Shown here: positions 55,079-64,000 of the stretch, piece after piece
Layout of the letters: each line of letters begins with the position of its first letter
Position numbering within the stretch: position 1 is the stretch's first letter
DNA from: Eledone cirrhosa
Taxonomy: Eukaryota
Assembly: GCA_964016885.1 (NCBI GenBank)
Contig: OZ024741.1
Location: 288,548,001 to 288,612,000 of the forward strand
Length of the DNA stretch: 64,000 bases
Reading direction: 5' to 3'
The notes under the pieces: generated by a model
Database searches by the model: none
What the model was told of the DNA's origin: nothing
Seen by the model: only the letters and a program-made list of their open reading frames with translations
Made by a program: the position numbers and the translations under genes

Positions 55079-55136
55079 TTAGCAGCCGTACTAAGAGTGA
55101 GAAATGAAATTTCGTTTCATTTTTTTTCCGTTTATT

Positions 55137-55167
<31 letters not shown>

Positions 55168-55181
55168 ATGTGTGTGTGTGT

Positions 55182-55267
<86 letters not shown>

Positions 55268-55526
55268 AAATTAGTACGTCATTTTCAGGATAATACTAAG
55301 AATGAATGGGTATATATACCCATCAAATGCATGTCTCTTTGATGATATACACGACGTCTGATTCGAAAATAGATAAATAGATTAAAGATGTTTGTTTTTT
55401 TCAATTTTCAGGGAAATTCGTATTTTCTGCCATGTTTCCTTGCCTACATATTATATATGTGCATATATTTATACACGTTGGTGCAGTCTCGGTTACACAC
55501 AGTATTTTATACAAATAAAACTTTAT

Positions 55527-56243
<717 letters not shown>

Positions 56244-56628
56244 ATAATATATGCATACGTACATACATACCACCTTGTTTACATACATGAATGCCTGCAT
56301 ACAAACATTACACGCCAGTTCACTAGGAGGGCAGGAATAAATTTAAATAAGAAATGAATACAAAACAGGAGAAAGTAAGGAATAAAATGAGAGAAAACTC
56401 CGAAAGAAACCTAAGAGGAACGTTGATCAAGGAAGTTTAGGAAGAAAAAAGATAATAGAAGAAAAACAGCGTGTTATAATGACAATTATATATATATACT
56501 TAGGGTAAACATTGATGCAATTCAATTCAAGCACTCAACTTACTTTTTCCACATAGGAGTGACGGGGAGTAAATATCGAATAAGTAAAAGCGAAGTAGTT
56601 TCAGATGTTCAAGTCCTTTAATAATAAT

Positions 56629-56702
56629 GCTGTGATATATATTTCAATGACGTCACTGGCCACACTGTTCTGTGTGCGAGTGTCGTGACATCATCAGACA
56701 GC
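56629..56702 (-). ncRNA. Type I hammerhead ribozyme with a long stem II and TATATA stem III
   Basis: Reverse complement: GCTGT-CTGATGA-[tgtcACGACACT..CACAC..GTGTG..AGTGACGTcatt]-GAAA-TATATA-T-C-ACAGC. AUC triplet. Confidence 0.8.
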
Positions 56703-57566
56703 TTGTTACATAATAAGGTTATGTTTCCGAGGCAATCCAAGTTGAATCGATATGGGAACGGACGAAGTGTGTGCTTTTGGCTTCTTCATCCGTTCCCCTG
56801 TGAGTACCAATTCACCCCCACCGGTCTGCGCAGGCGCATGTCCGAAGAAAGTTGACCATTAGCTACCGCCGATTTCAACGAAATTCGCTTAGTCAGTTCA
56901 CCCTCTCAGCCAAACAATGACCCATCTATGCCTGTACCATAGTTTACTGCCAGAGGGGATGGGAGAGTGTTAGTTTTTACGGGTCACAATATTACCTCTC
57001 ACCAAGCATGGACAGTACGACTGACCATCCACTCCCAAGAGAAAATATACTTAATTCTAGGTATCATGGTTTTACATTGGAAGTTATGAGTGAGAGTTGG
57101 AAATAAAAATAAAAATCCTAAATCGAAAATTATAAATTAAACAATTAAAAAATTAACAATTAGAAATTAAAAAAATTTTCAATTGAGAATCCGCATTGAG
57201 GTGAGTAAAAAATCATATAGATTGAAGTGAGTAAATAATATGGAGAGATATGTTTAAGTAAGAAGTTCTGAGAGGGGTTCCAATGTCACAGTTACACTAT
57301 CCACATATTGAACGATAGTGCCGTACATTAGAACGGAGGGTAAACTACAGTATTCGAGGCAGTAGTCAATCTGGTACACAATCATAATTTCCATCACATG
57401 GAACAAAACCAAAGAAAAACAGATATAAAATACACAAAAGAAAAGAACCAATAATGATGAAGAACCAATAATGAATAAATGCAAAAACACAGAGTACATA
57501 TATGCAAAATGATCCATATGATTGTCAATCTGTCAATGTATAGATGTATATATATATATATGTATA

Positions 57567-57646
<80 letters not shown>

Positions 57647-57647
<1 letters not shown>

Positions 57648-57793
57648 TATTCCGGGTTGAATCGGAGGTAACCACAGTAAGTAAGGTACTAATATAGAAA
57701 TGGCTTCTACAGAACTAGAACTGTTTCATTTATACTCTGCTATGTATTGAGTACCTTACTTACTGTAGTTACCCCCGATTGAACCCGGGATAA
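57647..57793. repeat. TA-flanked inverted repeat (~50-bp arms)
   Basis: TTATTCCGGGTTGAATCGGAGGTAACCACAGTAAGTAAGGTACT / AGTACCTTACTTACTGTAGTTACCCCCGATTGAACCCGGGATAA. Confidence 0.85.
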
Positions 57794-57795
57794 AC

Positions 57796-57866
<71 letters not shown>

Positions 57867-58181
57867 CACACATGCAGAAAGAGTGAGGTGAAGAGAAAAG
57901 ATAGACACGCTCAGACCGACTAACTGACAGACAGATAGATAGTTAGATAGATAGACAATGCGTTATGTCCTTGAGCAAGACACTTTATTTCCCGTTGCTC
58001 CTTCTACCTGGAGTTGCGACCAATAGACAGTATTAGCAATTCGAAAGACCAATGGAAACGCTGCTTCCACGGTCCGATTTGACGAAAGTCAATTGTCTAT
58101 CGATATATATATATATATACGGGGTAACACATTATTGTTATAGGTTATTTGTATAGCAAACCGTGTCACTCTTCTTTCCTG

Positions 58182-58222
<41 letters not shown>

Positions 58223-58354
58223 CAAAGGGATATTTAATTTGTTGGTAATTCAACAAATATATATATTTATAACTGATTCGAAGCACTCGACAAGTTTCTG
58301 GAGTATAATATCAATGATATTAATAAATGGAAACTATATTTATAAAACCATATT

Positions 58355-58415
58355 TATTGTATTATATATATTTCAAGGGTGCCAAAACTTTGGTGCGCCC
58401 TCATCAGATAAAATA
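58355..58415 (-). ncRNA. Type I hammerhead ribozyme (left arm)
   Basis: Reverse complement: TATTTTAT-CTGATGA-GGG cgca CCAA agtt TTGG ca CCC tt-GAAA-TATATA-T-A-ATACAATA. Confidence 0.78.
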
Positions 58416-58550
58416 CAAGTTTGTTTTATAAATATTGACATATCCAGGATCGAGACCTTCACGGTTCAAGTTTTACCTGGATAGTCAGGTAAAACTTGAA
58501 CCGTTAAGGTCTCGTTCCTGGATATGTCAATATTTATAAAACAAACTTTG

Positions 58551-58611
58551 TATTTTATCTGATGAGGGCGCACCAAAGTTTTGGCACCCTTGAAATATAT
58601 ATAACAAAATA
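58551..58611 (+). ncRNA. Type I hammerhead ribozyme (right arm)
   Basis: TATTTTAT-CTGATGA-GGG..CCAA agtt TTGG..CCC tt-GAAA-TATATA-T-A-ACAAAATA. Confidence 0.78.
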
Positions 58612-58654
58612 AATATGGTTTTATAAATATAGTTTCCATTTATTAATATTATTG

Positions 58655-58727
<73 letters not shown>

Positions 58728-58734
58728 TAGATAT

Positions 58735-58786
<52 letters not shown>

Positions 58787-59017
58787 ATTTCTATTTATTT
58801 GCCACGAGGGCATAAAAGAAGGGGACATTTACACAGTGGGGGAGTTTACATAAATCGAGTAAAGAAAAAAGGAATAACAATAATAATATAACAATAAAAA
58901 GTCCTCAAAAGGGAGGGGGCGTGTTGGGGATTGCACATACCCCCGAAAAGTGTGCAACTCTTTTCGCGGGGGAAGCCCAGAGAGGAGGCGCTCCCCCTTT
59001 CCTCTTCACTTCTTCAC

Positions 59018-62000
59018 CTACAGAACAATGTAGAGAGAAGGCCCATTTACACGGGCCATTCTCGCTTCTTTCACCCACCTTTCATAAAACTGTCTGGGAC
59101 CAAGCACTTCTCTCTCCATCCTGATTCTTCTTCCGAAGTGGTATCGGAAGAAGTAAACCAGGTGATGGCCGGAGAGAAAGTCACCCGACCTCAGACCTTT
59201 CAGGCGCGTCCACCACACAACCTCTTTCATCATGGCTATTACGCACAGAAAGACCGCCTCTGCTTCATTTCTGAAGGGAGGAGGCGGCTTGATGTTCACC
59301 ACAGACTCGGCGGTTAATCGAATCGGCGCCACACGCGACAGCAGTCGTTCGACGTAGCCCCACAGATCGGCAACGCCCGGGCAGTGTACCAGTGCATGCG
59401 CAACGGTTTCCTCGTCGCGCACGCATCTGGGACAGATCTTTTTCGCGGGATCCCTGCCCGGGCGCCCGTGTCTGTAGAGCTTTTCTCGAACGGGCAGAGC
59501 CCCCCGGTAACACTGCCAGGCTAGGGACCTCTGGAAGTTGTCCATGGGTCCCGGGCCGAAAGTTCTACCGAACAGGCTGGCCAGTTCGTCCTCCTCCATG
59601 CCTAGCGACTCTCCAAGGGTGTCGTCGCCCCTGCTAGCCACCAACCCTCTATAGAATGTCGAGGTGGATTCTCCACTGACAGTCGGGTCCGCTTGCCAGA
59701 TAGCCGTGAGCGCCTGGGCACACTCAGTGTGCCAGTTGCCCAGTTTTCTCGGTCTTTGCTTCACCCAGGATTGCAGTTCGGTGAGCGAGACGAGCTGTGG
59801 GAAGGCTCGCCTCACAAACGGGGCCCACACCGGCTGACCGTTGAGGAATACCTGTAGATGCCGTAGCCTCAATGCGTGCCTACGCATCAACAGCCACGGC
59901 ATACCCAGCCCTCCTTTCGAAGGGTGCTGGCAGCAGATGGATCTCCTCACCATGGGAGGCCGCTTCTTCCAGAGGAACTGGAAGAGCATGCGTTCCATGA
60001 TGGTGAGCTTTTCCTTGGGGCAAGGCACGACGGTCAGGCGGTAGTAGATGACGGACGCTATGTAAGCGTTCGTCACCTCCGCCCGACCTTTCAGTGATAG
60101 TTTGCACTTGGCCCACTTCTGGGTCAGCGCAAACACCCTGCTCGTCACCTCGCCCCAATTCTTCTCCACCTGGAGGTCCGGTCCGAACCAGACCCCGAGC
60201 AGCTTCACCGGGCCCTCCGTCCACCTCCCGACGACACCGTCTAACGGCATCGGTTTGCCCCTCCACGTTCCGAGTTGCAAACCGACTGACTTGTCCTGGT
60301 TCAGCTTAGCCCCCGTCAGCCTTTCGTATTCCTCCAGTAGGGTGGCGATCGCCCCGATTTCCGAGGCGTCCGCCACCATTACTGTTACGTCGTCGGCATA
60401 GGCCGAGACCGCTTTGTGCAATCCCGGTTCCAGGGGTATGCCCCGCAGCAACTCCAACTTCCGCAGCAGTGGCTCGAGAGTCAATACGTACAGAAGGGAG
60501 GAGAGGGGGCACCCCTGTCTGATGGATCGGGTGATTTGAAACGGCTCCGAGAGGTAGCCGTTTACTTTAATCCTAGAGTAGATGTTGCCACTGTGCATGG
60601 CAGAAATCCAGCCCCTGAAAACGGGTCCGAAGCCCGCCGCCGCTAGCACCGCATCCAGGTAACCATGGTCGACCCTATCGAACGCCTTAGATTGATCCAA
60701 GTTGATCAGGGCCCCACCAAAGCCGGGTTCGTAGCCAACCCTCTCTATGATGTATCGCATGAGGTGGAGGTTGTCGTGAATGGACCTGGACGGGATAGCG
60801 CATGTCTGCGCGTCTCCCACCAAACCACCCACCACAAGCGCCAACCTCTTCGCCAACACCTTGGCCAAAATCTGTAACTCTGCATTCAGCAGAGTTATGG
60901 GCCTAAAGTTACTTAAGTCGTCCCTCTTGCTCTCGTCCTTCCTCACTAGCGTGACCACGCCCTTGGTCACAGAACAGGGAATTCTCCCGTTCTGTTGCCA
61001 GTTGCAATAGACAGCCTCGAGGAGTTCGGAGAACAAGACCGGCATAGCTAAATAAAGTTCGTATGGTAGACCATCGAGACCCGGGGATTTGCGTCTGCTG
61101 CATTGGCTGAGCGCTTCCCCGATTTCAGTGGCTGTGATTGGCCTTTCGCAGCACTCCGCTTCGCCGCTCGAAAGACGCGGTAGACCGTCGAGGTATGGAC
61201 CGAAGTCCACATCCCCGTCCGGCCCCCCGCCACCTCCGAACAGTCGAGCAAAGTGCCTTTGAAAGGTCTCGCACATTCGCTCAGGTTCAAGGATCACCCG
61301 TCCATCCTGGTCTCGCAAAGACCGAATGGTGGATTTAATCCCACTCTTGGCTTCTGTCACGCGGGCCCAGCTAACAGCTTTGGTCCCCTCGTTTCCTAAA
61401 GCACGTATTTTACTTCGGACAACGCAGCCTTCGTGCTTCGCGTCAAAGAACTGGCTCAATGCCGTTCTCGTTGCTAACACTCTGGCTACGTCTCCGCTCC
61501 TAATCGCCTCTTCTAGTTTATCTGTTAACTCCCTTTCCCTCCTATTTCTATTCGCCGCTAGTTCCTTACTGTAACCTATCGAACTTACTCTAATCTCTCT
61601 CTTTAGAGATATCCACCACCTACTGTTGACGATCGCTCCCGTCAACCGCATCTTAACTAAGCTACTAATCCGGTTTCTGTAATCTTTCTTTGTCGGTAAG
61701 GACAAGTTCATCTTCCAGTAACCGGGACCCTGTCTATGCGTTTTATCAAGGTTGACCACGCAGGTCACTAATTTGTGATCTGAATAGCCAACCATGATCA
61801 GTTCTGGACAACTAAATACGTCCCTATCCTTACTCCTAACCAAAAACCTATCTAGGTACGATCTAGATTGTCCACTGCGGTTTGCCCAGGTCCAGGTTGG
61901 CGCAGTTGGACAATCTAGTCGAAATCTATCGACCAGGTCGAATCGATCGAGTAACCCCTTGAGGCTGCTACACCCCCCTCTATCGGGACATGCCCCTGCA

Positions 62001-62448
62001 TAGTCCCAACGCGCATCTAGGATTCCATTCCAGTCCCCCACTAAAAGCAGGGAACGCGACGTTCCTAGAAAAGTCTCCAGACGTTGGAAGAAGTCGGCTC
62101 TCTCCGCCCCGAAGGGAGCATAAAGACCGACCAGTCTGAAAGCCCCGCCTTCACCACCTCCGACGTCCAGCACCAGTAATCGACCCCCCGGGTCCGAGTG
62201 AACAATCTGTACGTCGAGAGTCAGACGTTTATCCAGCAGTACGGCAACTCCCCCCCCCCGCCTCCGGGTTGACAGAGAGATGCGTGCATCTCAAAGTCAT
62301 CGAAGGCGGGCGCCAGCTGTCTCACGCTGCTGATCCGACTCTCGCAAACAACCATCACATCTATACTTTGTGACCTGAGGTCACTTAGAAGCTTTGCTTG
62401 CTTCCAAGCTGAGCTCAGGCCACGCGCGTTCAAACAGCCAACTCTCAA
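59018..62448 (-). CDS. ORF2: APE endonuclease, reverse transcriptase and CCHC, with one frameshift in a G-run (~62250-62259)
   Basis: LNARG..VCESR (62221-62448), then GVAVL..LYAP..GDWN..SDH, RT with an intact YADD, and CPRC..H...C in the 1051-aa frame. Confidence 0.92.
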
Positions 62449-62453
62449 TTGAT

Positions 62454-63992
62454 CTATTTTGGTGTTGAAAGTGAAGAAAGAAAAGCACTTACCTCTCCGG
62501 GTTGCGTAATTTCCATGGCATCAGGTGTGTTGGGTGGAGGGATGTTTTGTGGTGGTGTGGGGGTACACGTGTGTGGTGGGGTTGGGGTATTTGGAGTTGT
62601 GTCAGGGAGAGGGGCGGTTATGGGGAAATCTTTCAAGAGGACGCGATTCAACGGTTTTAAACAGGGGGGGCTCACGTCCCGTCTAAATTGTTCTTTTAAG
62701 GAACGATAAAGGTCCAGAGGGACCTTTATCATTTTTAAATGGGTGAAGTTCTCTGTTGAGATAAAGTTTGGCCCTTCGGTCTGCACCATAGGGTTATTGT
62801 TTATTAATTTAACCAGTTTTTTGTTTTCTTTATTTATATATGTGTATTGCAACGTCTTTTTTTGTGATGCTGTCAATGTTTCGGAGAGGGGAGGCGCAGA
62901 TTTATTTTTGTTTGTTGAGGGTTGGGTGTTTTTGATTGGAGTTGGTGTTTGTGTGTGGGTTATTTGTGGTGTGCTGGGTGTGTGTTTTCTTTTTTTTCTT
63001 TTAACTTGTCTGAAGGCTTCTCCTCCTTCTTCTTCAGAAGTTGGGGGAAACTCTTCAGCGCTAGGTGGGAGGGACGTGTTGTGTGGTTGTTTTTTTTTTG
63101 CGGGAGGGGTAGATTTGTTACTGTTTTTTTTATTATTTGTTTGGAATGGGTTTTGTGGTGGTGGTGGTGGTAATGTTTGTGTCGTGCTTGTGGTTGGTAA
63201 TGGTGGTGGTGATGTTTGTGTTGTGGTTGGTGGTGGTGATTTTTGTGTCGTGCTTGTGTTTGGTGCTGGTGGTGGTGATGTTTGTGTTGTGTTTGTGGTT
63301 GGTGGTGTCTGTATTTTGTTTGCTGTGTGTGGTATTAGTGTATTTTTGGAGGTGGGTGGTGCTGGTGTACTGTTTGTGGTGGGTGTGGGCAATAGTCCTT
63401 TTTGGGGGATACGTTTCGGGCAGTTAGCCTTAACGTGTCCCCTTTCCATGCATAAATAGCATGCTGGTCTTCTCCCCTCTACAATTATGTCTATTGGGGT
63501 AAGGTCATCCAGCCAGATGCGATCCGGGATTTGTGCTATTCTTTCGGGCCTCATTTGGACTAGTATGTCGAGGCCCATTCCCAGGAACGCATCTCCAGTT
63601 GCCTTCCCCATTGACAGCATAGTGTCTTCGCCCATATCAATGAAGCCAGCAATAGCCCACCAGAAGTCCATTGTGGGCAGCATTGTTTTTACTTTTATCC
63701 TCTGTGTTCTTCTACCCATGTAGGAGGGATAGAAGCTATATGTTGTCGACGAGAGTGGGCTTAGGGAAAGCTGAACCGCCGTTTCTTTGTCTCTTGTTAG
63801 GACCGAAATGCTGCCATAGAGTCGGTCCTTTCGTATGAAGAGAATATTCTTCATATAGTCTTTTAGGACTAACTCTATTTCCATTTGGCTGGGCTGTGCT
63901 GGCTTTCTTGACTGGTTTAGTATAGTTCTGTATATAACTGTGTTTTCTGCTCTGGCTTTCTTGAATTCTGGGGGGGAGTTAATGGAAAACAT
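62454..63992 (-). CDS. ORF1: gag-like nucleic-acid-binding protein with a CCHC zinc knuckle and Pro/Thr-rich region
   Basis: CYLCMERGHVKANC motif, 512 aa open, directly upstream of ORF2. Confidence 0.88.
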   Translation of the reverse strand: MFSINSPPEFKKARAENTVIYRTILNQSRKPAQPSQMEIELVLKDYMKNILFIRKDRLYGSISVLTRDKETAVQLSLSPLSSTTYSFYPSYMGRRTQRIKVKTMLPTMDFWWAIAGFIDMGEDTMLSMGKATGDAFLGMGLDILVQMRPERIAQIPDRIWLDDLTPIDIIVEGRRPACYLCMERGHVKANCPKRIPQKGLLPTPTTNSTPAPPTSKNTLIPHTANKIQTPPTTNTTQTSPPPAPNTSTTQKSPPPTTTQTSPPPLPTTSTTQTLPPPPPQNPFQTNNKKNSNKSTPPAKKKQPHNTSLPPSAEEFPPTSEEEGGEAFRQVKRKKRKHTPSTPQITHTQTPTPIKNTQPSTNKNKSAPPLSETLTASQKKTLQYTYINKENKKLVKLINNNPMVQTEGPNFISTENFTHLKMIKVPLDLYRSLKEQFRRDVSPPCLKPLNRVLLKDFPITAPLPDTTPNTPTPPHTCTPTPPQNIPPPNTPDAMEITQPGEVSAFLSSLSTPK

Positions 63993-64000
63993 TCCGTTTT

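Larger units (their letters stand above)
58220..58657. mobile_element. TA-flanked head-to-head palindrome (~170-bp arms, 6-nt loop at 58480-58485) with one HHR per arm
   Basis: 58310-58479 is a near-perfect reverse complement of 58486-58657. Confidence 0.88.
58786..64000 (-). mobile_element. Nearly intact Tx1/L1-clade LINE (ORF1, ORF2, 3' UTR) with a (TATC)n tail at 58724-58785; the 5' end runs out of the window
   Basis: Two long ORFs, AATAAA and a microsatellite tail. Confidence 0.95.

Noticed and set aside
55329-55390. TTGATGA...CGAAAAT..ATTA hammerhead-like motif after a GTGCAAATTAG octamer variant
   Set aside because: Stems II and III pair poorly. At most a decayed copy.
62743-63459. 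238-aa plus-strand ORF and other antisense ORFs over the LINEs
   Set aside because: These are shadow frames of low-complexity ORF1 or GC-rich ORF2.

Overview
This is a repeat-saturated, AT- and microsatellite-rich eukaryotic window. The SINE and repeat content resembles an octopus/cephalopod genome (inference). I see no host protein-coding gene. The real coding sequence all belongs to non-LTR retrotransposons: four Tx1/L1-clade copies (one nearly intact, 58786-64000 minus strand), an R4/Dong-type RT plus restriction-like endonuclease element with a separate fragment, and an RTE RT fragment. Also present are tRNA-derived SINEs, RTE-derived non-autonomous elements, MITEs and minisatellites. The main unexplained signal is a dense set of small non-coding elements lying between (TA)n tracts that carry type I hammerhead ribozyme (HHR) motifs (CUGANGA...GAAA...UH, often with a palindromic stem III). 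The clearest is a nearly homogeneous 466-bp tandem array with 8 HHRs (4651-8849). Several unrelated families share its architecture: more-than-unit-length monomers (257-552 nt), a head-to-head inverted arm with the junction near the ribozyme, and 3' ends running into TA repeats. This looks like a diverse retrozyme or Penelope-pLTR-like system of self-cleaving, possibly circular RNAs that insert into TA microsatellites. All folds were read by eye and activity is untested.
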